This document shows positions 19,402 to 27,601 of a stretch of DNA of 64,000 bases, piece after piece. A program made the position numbers and the translations under genes. Every line of letters begins with the position of its first letter. The stretch's first letter is position 1. The stretch covers positions 1 to 64,000 of the forward strand of contig JBHGAY010000016.1 of the NCBI GenBank assembly GCA_041946735.1. Reading direction: 5' to 3'. This DNA comes from Candidatus Eiseniibacteriota bacterium (GTDB taxonomy: Bacteria; Eisenbacteria; RBG-16-71-46; CAIMUX01; VGJL01). The notes below the pieces were generated by a model. It saw nothing but the letters and a program-made list of their open reading frames with translations. It was not told the origin of the DNA and searched no databases.

Positions 19402-19417
19402 AGCAAGCCTCGTGCCC
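19402..19417 (-). promoter_or_regulatory. Putative sigma54 (-24/-12) promoter of the flg operon
   Basis: Minus strand GGGCACG-AGGC-TTGCT versus consensus TGGCACG-N4-TTGCW, about 110 bp upstream of flgF. Confidence 0.7.
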
Positions 19418-19607
19418 GGAGGAGGAGACGGAGGGCCGGCAGGGTAGCGGATTATGGAGCATAGGGTTGCGTGCGTGCGCCGAGCGTGCGCGTGGCGATG
19501 GCGCGCCAGGGGAGGGGAGAGGCGCGGAAGGATCTGCCGCGCCGTGCGGACGACTTGTCCGGGGTCGGGAGGAAGTCTCGTCGCGCGGCCCCGCGCCGTC
19601 CGGCCGA

Positions 19608-20369
19608 CTAGGTTCCTCCGTCCATCGCGATCAGGGCGGCCCCCAGGGCGCCGAGCATCTCCGGCATCTCCGGGACGTGCACCGCCCTCCCGAGCGTCCG
19701 CTCCAGGAGGCCCCGCAGGCAGGCGTTTCTTGCGGCGCCCCCCGCGAAGACGACCGGCTCCTCCGTCGCGACGCGAGCGAGCATCGCCGAGGCCCGCGCC
19801 GCGACGACCTCATGGACGGCGAGCGCGATGTCCCCGCGCTTTCCGCCCCGAGTCAGGAGGCCCACGACTTCCGACTCGGCGAAGACGGCGCACATGCTGT
19901 TGATCTTTACGGTCCCGCTTCCGGCGATCGCCGCGTCGCCGAACTCCTCGATCGAATATCCGAGCGCGGAGGCCATCATCTCGAGAAACCGCCCTGCGCC
20001 CGCCGCGCATCGGTCGTTCATCTCGAAGCGGACCACCTTCCCCGACCCATCGAGCGCGATCGCCTTCGTGTCCTGTCCTCCGATGTCGAGAACGCTCCGG
20101 CATCCGGGGAGGGCGAACTCGGCCCCGCGCGCGAACGCGCGGATCTCGGTGACGGTCGGCAGCTCGAAGGAGACCTCCGCCATCGTGCGCCCGTAGCCGG
20201 TGGCGACGAGGCGGTCGAAGGAGGTGCCGGCGAGCAGGCGCCGGCAGTCCTCCACCACGTTCGGCGTCGTGGCGATCCGTTCGGCCGAAACCGGACGGAT
20301 CACCCCGTTCGTCTCGAGGATCACGAGCTCGATGCTCCGCGATCCGATGTCGAGTCCCGCCGCGCGCAT
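19608..20369 (-). CDS. ATP-dependent [4Fe-4S] activator (HgdC/BcrAD/DCCP-reductase family, ASKHA ATPase)
   Basis: GLDIGS, ATGYGR, DIGGQDTK, MNDRCAAGAGRFLE, SMCAVFAESEV. Confidence 0.93.
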   Translation of the reverse strand: MRAAGLDIGSRSIELVILETNGVIRPVSAERIATTPNVVEDCRRLLAGTSFDRLVATGYGRTMAEVSFELPTVTEIRAFARGAEFALPGCRSVLDIGGQDTKAIALDGSGKVVRFEMNDRCAAGAGRFLEMMASALGYSIEEFGDAAIAGSGTVKINSMCAVFAESEVVGLLTRGGKRGDIALAVHEVVAARASAMLARVATEEPVVFAGGAARNACLRGLLERTLGRAVHVPEMPEMLGALGAALIAMDGGT

Positions 20370-20379
20370 CGCGGCGGCC

Positions 20380-21657
20380 TCAGCGCAGGATCTCGAGAAA
20401 CGCCTGGATGCGGGTCTCGAGCTGCGGCGCGTCCTCCATCGAGTAGTCGGTCTCGAGCCGGAGCATCGGGATCTTCTCCTGCTCGAGCGCCTGCTGCACT
20501 TTCCTCGCCTCCATGATGTAGGGAGTGCAGAACTGCAAGCCGTAATGGATCACCCCGTCCGCCCCGAGCCTGCGCGCCATCTCCACGACGTTCGCGGGGC
20601 GCTCCCGGTTGGGCGAGAAGACGGCGCAGTCGATCGCCAGGTAGCGTTCCGCGATCCGGTCGAGGATCTCCTCACGCGTCGCGCCTCCCTCGTCCACGAG
20701 ATTCCTCGTCCCTCGCTCGCCGACGCACGACTCCTCGCCGACGATCACCGCGCCGCTCTTCTCGATCAGGAACGGCACCTTCCAGTTCGGGGCGGACATC
20801 GGGCAGCCCGACAGCAGGATCCTCGGCGCGTCCGCCTTGGCGACGCCTCGACCTTCACGCATCCGGACCTCGATCTCGTCGCAAAGGGCGTTCACCTTCT
20901 CTGTGAAACGGATCGGGTCGTCGTAGAACGCCACCTGGTTGACGAGGAGGCCGTCGCGCCCCGAGATCGGGGCGAGCGGGGCAGCGCGAAGCCGGCTCAG
21001 ACGCTGCAGGGCGCCTCGTTTGGCGTTCGCGATCGCGACGCCGCGCCGGAGGTCTTCCACCCCGATCTTCCGTCCCGCCTCCTTCTCGATCTTGTCGACC
21101 AGGCGGTCCAGCTCCGAGCGCCAGAGAGTCCTGGCCGCATCGCTCTTCGTATGCGGGACTTCGAGCACGAAGGTCGGCTTGTACTCGTCGAAGATCTCCC
21201 ACGCCTTCGTCTTCCCGTCGCAGGTCGTCTCTCCGATCACGAAGTCGCAAGCTTCGACGTACGGGCAGACATGTGTGAGCTTGAACCCGAAGAAGGACTT
21301 GATCAGGGCGCACGTGTTTCGCGGCAGGACCTGCTCCGCTTCCGCAGTCCCCATCTCCGCGCCGGCGCAGAGGCCGACGGCGATCGCGTCGGCGGCCAGG
21401 AGGATCTCCTCGGGAACGTAGAGGCAGAAGGTGCCGATCACCTTCCGACCCGCCCTCTTCGCTTCGAGCAGCTCCGCGATCCGCAGCCCGTGGATCTCGG
21501 ACATCACGAAGTCGAAGTATTCCATCCCTCGAGGGCGTCCCTCCTGGGTGAGGTAGACCTCGCCGTAGGCCTTCCCGAGAGCCCCGAGGAGCGCGTCATG
21601 AGCCTCGAGGTCGATTCCGAGCCCGCTCCACATTGCATGAAGATCGTTTTGCGACAT
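20380..21657 (-). CDS. 2-hydroxyacyl-CoA dehydratase-family protein of the double-cubane cluster (DCCP) type
   Basis: N-terminal 'W..LG.DL..HD.L..Y...Y..Q..RP.GM.YFDFVMSEIHG.R' segment recalled as typical of DCCP; Cys motifs TFC, GLCAG, NTCAL, TTCDGK, SGCP, ESC, IDC, QFC; paired with an activator. Confidence 0.85.
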   Translation of the reverse strand: MSQNDLHAMWSGLGIDLEAHDALLGALGKAYGEVYLTQEGRPRGMEYFDFVMSEIHGLRIAELLEAKRAGRKVIGTFCLYVPEEILLAADAIAVGLCAGAEMGTAEAEQVLPRNTCALIKSFFGFKLTHVCPYVEACDFVIGETTCDGKTKAWEIFDEYKPTFVLEVPHTKSDAARTLWRSELDRLVDKIEKEAGRKIGVEDLRRGVAIANAKRGALQRLSRLRAAPLAPISGRDGLLVNQVAFYDDPIRFTEKVNALCDEIEVRMREGRGVAKADAPRILLSGCPMSAPNWKVPFLIEKSGAVIVGEESCVGERGTRNLVDEGGATREEILDRIAERYLAIDCAVFSPNRERPANVVEMARRLGADGVIHYGLQFCTPYIMEARKVQQALEQEKIPMLRLETDYSMEDAPQLETRIQAFLEILR

Positions 21658-21755
21658 TGCGATGCTCCCCTCCATCGCGCTCGCCGGCGCGACGTGGTTC
21701 GGACATGGTTCTGATCTGGAGGGAAGCCGAGACGAACGGGGAAGGGGAGGCGGGA

Positions 21756-21896
21756 TCAGGACGCGGCGCGCATCCGTTGCGGTGAGCCTCCAACTCGCGG
21801 TTCCGGCATCGCTCCAGCGATGGAATCCCAGGACGCAGACCTGCGCCCGGACCGGCCGCCTCAGTGTCAGAGGCTGCGGTCACGGAACCGTGACAT
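21756..21896 (-). CDS. Putative selenocysteine-containing micropeptide or leader: MSRFRDRSL-U-H-U-GGRSGRR...RAAS (46 aa if both UGAs are read through, 9 or 11 aa otherwise)
   Basis: SD AAAGGAGGTGA 7 nt before ATG 21896; in-frame TGA at 21869-21867 and 21863-21861; SECIS-like hairpin downstream; next TGA at 21758-21756. Confidence 0.6.
21828..21850 (-). promoter_or_regulatory. Putative bacterial SECIS element
   Basis: Hairpin CCGGGCGCAG-GT-CTGCGTCCTGG starting 10 nt after the second UGA; apical GCAGGTCTGC matches the E. coli fdhF SECIS apex as recalled. Confidence 0.65.
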
Positions 21897-21939
21897 AAGA
21901 AGCTCACCTCCTTTCACGACGTTGTTGGAAGCAAAGCTG

Positions 21940-21968
21940 ATGATAGCAGGGCGGTTTCGGTTCTCCAA
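21940..21968 (-). promoter_or_regulatory. Putative sigma70 promoter for the leader-DCCP-activator transcript
   Basis: TTGGAG-17 nt-TATCAT with an extended -10 (TGcTATCAT). Confidence 0.55.
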
Positions 21969-22083
21969 AGGCTTCGTGGGGACAGCGTGCTGCGGCGGGA
22001 GCGGCGGCCGACTGCTGGCCGAATCCGGGCCGCAGGGCCATGGTAAGATCCTGACCCTGATCGAGGCCGTGGGAGGAACGTCG

Positions 22084-22626
22084 ATGACTCCACAGTTCGA
22101 CCCGATCGCGGAGCGCCGGCGCAGCGGAGCGGAACATGCAGGGACGATTCGCGCCAGCTTCCCGTGGTGGGATACGCAAGTGCGCCCCGGTCTCGTACGA
22201 CTTGTCGAGGCGCTGCCGGCGAAACACTTCGATTTCAAGCCGCTTCCGCAGCTCCTGACCGCTCGCGAGATGATCGTCCACATCGCGGAGGCCGAGTTCT
22301 CATGGGTCCACTGCATTCTCGATGGTGGCGAGGACGAGGAGTGGGTGGCTCGCCGTGACGACCCGTCGGAGGGCTTCCGGCTCACGGTGGACGCTCCGGA
22401 CTCGGGGAGCATGCTCGCGAGGCTCGAGCAGTGGCACCGTCCCACCCAGGCATGGCTCGACCGTCCGGACTCCGAGCTCGGTCGCCAGATCGTCTCCCAG
22501 TCGAGAGGGCGAACCTACACCGTGCACTGGGTCCTCGATCGAGTGCACGAGCACGAGATCCATCACCGGGCGCAGCTCGCCTCTTACCTGCGACTTCTTG
22601 GGATCGAACCGCCCGAGCTGTGGTAG
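22084..22626 (+). CDS. DinB-family metal-dependent protein
   Basis: F.P...T..E...HIA.AE..W and HEIHHRAQL..YLR.LG..PP motifs. Confidence 0.88.
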   Translation: MTPQFDPIAERRRSGAEHAGTIRASFPWWDTQVRPGLVRLVEALPAKHFDFKPLPQLLTAREMIVHIAEAEFSWVHCILDGGEDEEWVARRDDPSEGFRLTVDAPDSGSMLARLEQWHRPTQAWLDRPDSELGRQIVSQSRGRTYTVHWVLDRVHEHEIHHRAQLASYLRLLGIEPPELW

Positions 22627-22641
22627 CGCCCGTGAAACGAG

Positions 22642-22673
22642 GACTCCGCCGGTGGGAAGCATCCGGCGGAGTC
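22642..22673. terminator. Hairpin between convergent genes, probable terminator
   Basis: Perfect 11-bp stem GACTCCGCCGG/CCGGCGGAGTC; no U-tract. Confidence 0.5.
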
Positions 22674-22715
22674 GCATCGAAATCGAGACGGAAGGACCGG
22701 TAGTCGGGAAGCGGA

Positions 22716-23570
22716 CTATCGGTTCAGAGCGCGCACCTCGCCCCAGCTCACGTGCGAAACGCCCTGCGGTTCCTCGGGAACCGAGGTAGTAGGCGGCGGG
22801 CAGGGGTTCGGATCGCACGACTCGCCGTTATGGATCTCACCCCCCAAATCGTAGCAATAGAACCACGCCATCACACTGCAATGGCCATCCGGGAAGCAAC
22901 ACACCACGCTTATGTCCCCGACTCCACCGTCATCAAGCGCGTAGGCGAGGTCGAGTGGCTCACCGAAGTAGTACGAGGCAGGAGTCCAGCGAGGACAGCC
23001 AAAGTAGTCGCCATCCCACTGCGATTCGCATCCCCAATAGACAACGTCGGCGACTGCGAGACCGCAGTAGGGGGGATTCTCACCCCAGTCCTGATCTACG
23101 ACGGCACCCATCGAGGTAGTCGAGCCGAGAAGGTAGGGAGAGTCGAGCTGAGCCGTGCACTGGTAGACGTTCCAGTCCCCGGCGTAGACCTGCGTGGCGT
23201 TCAGCCAGTCGTAGGGCACCGAGTAGGATTGCGTGGCAACCTGGTTCGGCGGGCAGGACTGGTCGTAGAAGTTGACGGTCAAGCTCGTGAAGGGGCGCCA
23301 GGGAACGCTGCCCCATTCGGCGACATAGAGGACGACCGCGCCCACGTATCGTCCCTCCAGATCCGCCGGGATGTCGTCGGCCAATTCCGAGCCGAACCCG
23401 CTCGACGCGTTGAACGCGTTCCAGTTGATGCCTGGAAGCTGCTCGTAGAGCCCGTCACGAACCCCGGGCAGATTCACCGCGTCGTCGGAGAACACCGCGG
23501 CCGATTGGGGAAGCGCGAACGCGGTTGCCGCGAGAGCGAGGAATCCCACCGAGAGGAAGATCGCTCTCAC
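22716..23570 (-). CDS. Secreted protein with one CC-type Cys-rich repeat and a C-terminal SWGEVRALNR tail
   Basis: GTG start behind AAGGAGG, signal peptide (ATAFA), CCFPDGHC..CDPNPC; this is the real part of the 925-aa track ORF. Confidence 0.75.
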   Translation of the reverse strand: MRAIFLSVGFLALAATAFALPQSAAVFSDDAVNLPGVRDGLYEQLPGINWNAFNASSGFGSELADDIPADLEGRYVGAVVLYVAEWGSVPWRPFTSLTVNFYDQSCPPNQVATQSYSVPYDWLNATQVYAGDWNVYQCTAQLDSPYLLGSTTSMGAVVDQDWGENPPYCGLAVADVVYWGCESQWDGDYFGCPRWTPASYYFGEPLDLAYALDDGGVGDISVVCCFPDGHCSVMAWFYCYDLGGEIHNGESCDPNPCPPPTTSVPEEPQGVSHVSWGEVRALNR

Positions 23571-23764
23571 CTTGCGGCCTCCTTTCTTTCGGAAGGGAAT
23601 CTCTTTCGCCTCTCGAAGAGCGCTTGCCTTGGAGGCACGTCGACTGGAGGCGGGCCGCGAGAGGCGCCATGCCCCGCGTTTCGAGGCGGCATCATTATAA
23701 CACCGCTCTTCCGCGGCACCCGGGCGCCCGACAGGGGGAGGCCGAGAGCGGGAGCTCGGCAAGG

Positions 23765-23800
23765 AGCCGCGCCGTTGCCGACAGCCGCGCCGTTGCCGAC
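23765..23800. repeat. 18-bp perfect tandem duplication (AGCCGCGCCGTTGCCGAC x2)
   Basis: Seen directly, just after the stop codon of the adjacent membrane-protein gene. Confidence 0.8.
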
Positions 23801-25429
23801 CTACGGGGTCTGCGCTATCGGATGGACCGCATAGACTCGCATGCGTTCGCGCAGCGTCTCGACCGGGACCACCGCGGCCTTCCAGTCGCCACCCGCGTAG
23901 GCGTTCATGTAGCGGTTCACGTAGAACGGGTCGTCGAGCAGATAGCGGACTCCGCGCTCCTCGAGAAAGGCGAGGAGGCGCCGCTGCTCGAGCGCTTCCA
24001 TCCCGGGGTTGTTGACGACGCAGTCGAGGTTCACGACAGGACGGGGCGAAAGGTATCCGAAACTCCCGGAGTTGAACGAGGCGACCCGATCCCCTTCCAC
24101 GGTGTGCGCATCGACCCACGCGGCCGCCTCGCGCCATACGAAGGGCACGCGTGCGCTCATCACGATCTCGTTCACGTAGGCAGGGAAGAGGACGGCGTGC
24201 GCGAAGACGATCGTTCCGACGAGCAGGCGCGAGAGCGGGCGAGTTCCCCGGCTGCCTCGAATCTCGCCCCATCCCGCCTCCAGCAGGATGGCCAGGACGA
24301 GCGCGCCGACCACCAGCGGTCCGGAGATGTACCACGAGCGTATGTGGCGGAGGATCACGAAAGTCGCGAGCAGGATCCCCACCGCGTAGACCACCGGGGC
24401 GTCGAGACACCTCAGCCGCGTGAGGATTGCGGCGCGCGCAGCTCGCGGCCGCAGCAGGCCGGCAAGCCAGACCGCGGCCGTTGCTGCAGCGACGGCAAGC
24501 AGCGCCAAGGCCACCGACTGCGGCAGGTGTGTCCGGGCGGCGAGCTGACGCAGCAGCGCCTCGCCAAGCGAGAGACTCGTCCGCGCGGCGCCCTCCACGC
24601 CGGCCGGGCCGTCCGGGGCACGGTTCAGGAGGGAGTGGAGTCGATGCGAGCGCGCGCTGACCTGAACGATCGTGCCGAAGCGCACGAGGTTCCACAGGAT
24701 CCACGGAGCGATCACGAGAGTGGCCATCGCGCCGGCGGCAACCGCACCACGGAACCGGAGGAAGGGGGATCCGACCGCCCCGCCATCCGCGGAAGAGCGA
24801 CTTAGGGGCGGGACGAACGCCGCGCCGGCGAGGACGAGACCGACCAGCATCACGGTGTCCGTCCGGGCGAGGATCGTGAGACCGCAGAGCAGGCCCAGCC
24901 GCGCCCAGGCAACAGGACGAGCGAGAGTGGAAGTCCCGGCGCGCAGGCGGATCGATTCGCCGGCCAGCAGCGCCACGAGAAGCCCGACCAGTGGGGCCTC
25001 CATCCCGGAGACGACGAGGTAGAGGCCGATCGGGTTCGCAAGGTAGAACAGACCGGCGACGCGGGCCGCGAAACGGCTGGTGATCGATTCCGCCGCGCGC
25101 GCCACGGCCCATGCAGCCGCGACATGGAGCGCGACGGACAGGACGAGCATGAGGCGGACCGGCGTATAAAGGGATGCCGCCGGCACCCAGAAGAGCGGCG
25201 TCAGGATCATCGTCCAGAGAGGGTGAAACCCATTGGTCGGGCCGAGTCCGTCGAAGGTGGCGCCGCGTCCGGCGGCGATGTTGCGGGCGAGCGTGAGGTA
25301 GTAGAACCCGTCGTCCTTCATGGCGACCAGGAGCAGGTCTCGGTGCCCGAAGAGCGCGAGCGCCAGGCAGGCGCCGGTCCCCGCGGCGGCGAGAAGCGCC
25401 AGGAACAACACGAGCGCCCGACGGCTCAC
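23801..25429 (-). CDS. Polytopic membrane glycosyltransferase, GT-C fold (ArnT/PMT-like)
   Basis: DDGFYY..ARNIAAG.G.TFDG..TNGFHPLW, SGME, LAR.D, PW..WN...FG. Confidence 0.78.
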   Translation of the reverse strand: MSRRALVLFLALLAAAGTGACLALALFGHRDLLLVAMKDDGFYYLTLARNIAAGRGATFDGLGPTNGFHPLWTMILTPLFWVPAASLYTPVRLMLVLSVALHVAAAWAVARAAESITSRFAARVAGLFYLANPIGLYLVVSGMEAPLVGLLVALLAGESIRLRAGTSTLARPVAWARLGLLCGLTILARTDTVMLVGLVLAGAAFVPPLSRSSADGGAVGSPFLRFRGAVAAGAMATLVIAPWILWNLVRFGTIVQVSARSHRLHSLLNRAPDGPAGVEGAARTSLSLGEALLRQLAARTHLPQSVALALLAVAAATAAVWLAGLLRPRAARAAILTRLRCLDAPVVYAVGILLATFVILRHIRSWYISGPLVVGALVLAILLEAGWGEIRGSRGTRPLSRLLVGTIVFAHAVLFPAYVNEIVMSARVPFVWREAAAWVDAHTVEGDRVASFNSGSFGYLSPRPVVNLDCVVNNPGMEALEQRRLLAFLEERGVRYLLDDPFYVNRYMNAYAGGDWKAAVVPVETLRERMRVYAVHPIAQTP

Positions 25430-25750
25430 GAGAGATCCCCGGACCGTCGTACTGCAGCAGATTGTGGAATAGGCACAGGACTGTGGCGAGCACGCATGAC
25501 GGCGATTCTCCCCTCTACAGTCTCCGCAGTCCACAGATAGGATGAAGCGGCCGGCCTGCTCTGGCGTGGGGTAGACTAAGACCGGTTCTGGCCAATCCAG
25601 GGCGCCGGCGCGGGTGGGCGAGCCCGGTGGGACAGCGGCTCGGAAGCGATGGTGGCTCGCAAGCGAGAGCTGCTTGGGAACGAGAGCTGCTCGGGAGCGA
25701 AAGCTGCTTGGGAGCGATGGCGGTTCGAAGGATCTGACCGGTCGGAGGCG

Positions 25751-27601
25751 ATGACGGATCGAGGGCAGGCGAAAGGAGGCGGGATCCCGGCGCTCGAGGC
25801 GGAGACGTCCGGAGGCGCTCGCGCGCCTTCTCCGGGACGGCCGGGCGGCTGGCGCGAGGGAATCGGCCGGCTCCTCTCCTTGGCGATGGGTCCGCGCTCT
25901 GTCTGGCTCGTGGCCTTCGGCGCGGTCCTCCTCGCCCTGGTGATCACCTGGCGGTATCCCGTCTACTTTCACTGGGACGACGTCCACTACCTGAAATGGG
26001 CCCGAAGCCATCCCAATCCGCTCGACGCTTTTCGCCCCTCGCAAGGCTCGCTCTTCGCTACCTTCCGCCCCCTGAACATCCTGACCTGGTGGGTGCTCTA
26101 TCACCTCTTCGGCTTTCACGCCGCGGCGTATCAGCTCTTCGTCGCGCTCTTGTATGCGGCTGACTTCATCCTCTTCTTTTCGCTCGTCCGCCGGTTCTAC
26201 GGGGTGCGGGCGGCCTGGTTCGCCCTTCTGGGCTATGGGGCCGTCTTCTATCACCTCATGTACGTGGTGTTCTGGTTCTCCGACCTGACGTTCGTCCTTG
26301 AGCTGTTCTGGATCAAAGCCGCGCTGCTGCTCCTGACTCTTGCCGACCGTCCCGGTCGATCCTACATCTGGGGCGTCCCGGCCTTCCTCTGCGCTGGCCT
26401 GACCAAAGAGCCGAGCCTTCTGATCGTGATCCCGTGTCTCCTCCTCTACGTCTGGGCCGGGCGCCGCGATCTGCCCCACTTCGCGCGGCGCCGGTATCGG
26501 CTCTTGCTGCCGGCGCTGACCGTGGCCGGTCTCCTGTGGCTGCTCCTCTCTCCCGGCGTGCACAATCGTCAAGGGATCCGCCAGACTGCCGGCTTGCTGG
26601 ACGCCATCGAGTTCCTCAAGGCGCGCTGGGAGTTCTACGCCGGGCTCCTGATGCATCGGACCGGCCTTCTTCTCTCCGCAGCGGCCTTCTTTCTGTGTGG
26701 GGCTGCCCTGTGGCCGCGGCAGCGGTCGGGTTCCGGTTCGGTCCGGGCGATCCTGCTCCTTGCAGTGGCGGTCGGACTCTCGATCCTGCTCTGGAAGCTG
26801 CCGGCCATCGCCCTCGCGCTTGTCCTCCTCAGCGGCATTCCCGTCCTCTGGCGGCGTCCCGATTGGAGTATCGCGTGGGCCTGGGGCTTCCTCCCGTTGC
26901 TGGGGATCCTTGCGATCCAGATGCACGTCCGCACATATCTAGCCGAAGCCTCCTTCGGATTCGCCATCGTCCTCGGGATTGCGGCCGAGGAGGCGATTCA
27001 GTCTCTCGCACCTCTGCGCCGCCACCGGGGCGCCCGGCTGCTTCCATTCCTTGCGTCGGCCTTCGTTCTCGCTGGGATCGTGTTGATCTCCGGCCAGGCG
27101 CGCGAAAAGCTCGGCGCTCTCCGTATCCTTTCGGACAATCGCCAGAACTTCCGCGAAGTCTCGGACTTCCTGCTGGCCCTGCCGCCGGGAGCGGCGGATC
27201 CATTGGCCGTGGTGTCCTACCCGGACATGAACTACTCCTACCGCGGTGGCGTCCAGCGCATGTCGGACGAGGAAAAGGGCGGGCTTCAGAAGACCATCGA
27301 ACCGCATGACCTGGCGCTGTGGCTACCGATGCGCGGGCGCCCGGACATCCACCTGATCCAGAGCATCAAGGACTACGTGGCCTCCGGGTTGGATAGCTGC
27401 TACGTCTGGGCGATGAACAAGCACGAGAAGAAGTTCCTGCGCGACCGGTTCCTCCCGATGCGGCCCGTCTTCGAGGTGGCGAGGCGGGGAGAAGAGGCGG
27501 GGGTGTATCTGATCCATCGTTCTGCTCCCTCCGACTCGATCGCAAACGGGCGGCCTGTCTCCCCGGTTTCGTCCGGACCGGCGTCCGGTGATCGCCATTG
27601 A
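25751..27601 (+). CDS. Polytopic membrane protein, GT-C-like
   Basis: WDD after the first TM, FRPL, LTKE, many TM helices. Confidence 0.65.
   Translation: MTDRGQAKGGGIPALEAETSGGARAPSPGRPGGWREGIGRLLSLAMGPRSVWLVAFGAVLLALVITWRYPVYFHWDDVHYLKWARSHPNPLDAFRPSQGSLFATFRPLNILTWWVLYHLFGFHAAAYQLFVALLYAADFILFFSLVRRFYGVRAAWFALLGYGAVFYHLMYVVFWFSDLTFVLELFWIKAALLLLTLADRPGRSYIWGVPAFLCAGLTKEPSLLIVIPCLLLYVWAGRRDLPHFARRRYRLLLPALTVAGLLWLLLSPGVHNRQGIRQTAGLLDAIEFLKARWEFYAGLLMHRTGLLLSAAAFFLCGAALWPRQRSGSGSVRAILLLAVAVGLSILLWKLPAIALALVLLSGIPVLWRRPDWSIAWAWGFLPLLGILAIQMHVRTYLAEASFGFAIVLGIAAEEAIQSLAPLRRHRGARLLPFLASAFVLAGIVLISGQAREKLGALRILSDNRQNFREVSDFLLALPPGAADPLAVVSYPDMNYSYRGGVQRMSDEEKGGLQKTIEPHDLALWLPMRGRPDIHLIQSIKDYVASGLDSCYVWAMNKHEKKFLRDRFLPMRPVFEVARRGEEAGVYLIHRSAPSDSIANGRPVSPVSSGPASGDRH

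Noticed and set aside
19293..19607. c-di-GMP riboswitch upstream of the flagellar operon
   Set aside because: No GEMM-type core seen. Only the sigma54-like site is supported.
14565..20516. Very long plus-strand ORFs (912 and 994 aa) and similar shadow ORFs across the window
   Set aside because: They are antisense to well-conserved genes, have low-complexity Arg/Gly/Ala composition, and are expected in high-GC DNA.
21657..21896. Leader as an in-frame Sec-containing N-terminal extension of DCCP
   Set aside because: ATG 21896 and the DCCP ORF are in different frames, and DCCP has its own SD and start.
21676..21935. Known riboswitch (cobalamin, SAM, Moco) upstream of the DCCP-like gene
   Set aside because: No conserved core of these classes was recognised by eye. 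SD-ORF-UGA-SECIS explains the region better, though an Rfam scan is still needed.
22716..25493. 925-aa ORF as one protein
   Set aside because: Only 22716-23570 looks coding (own SD and signal peptide). The rest is an Arg/Pro-rich alternative frame over the GT-C gene.
23801..26926. 1041-aa ORF
   Set aside because: The N-terminal half is antisense to the 25751-27601 gene. The real protein starts near 25429.
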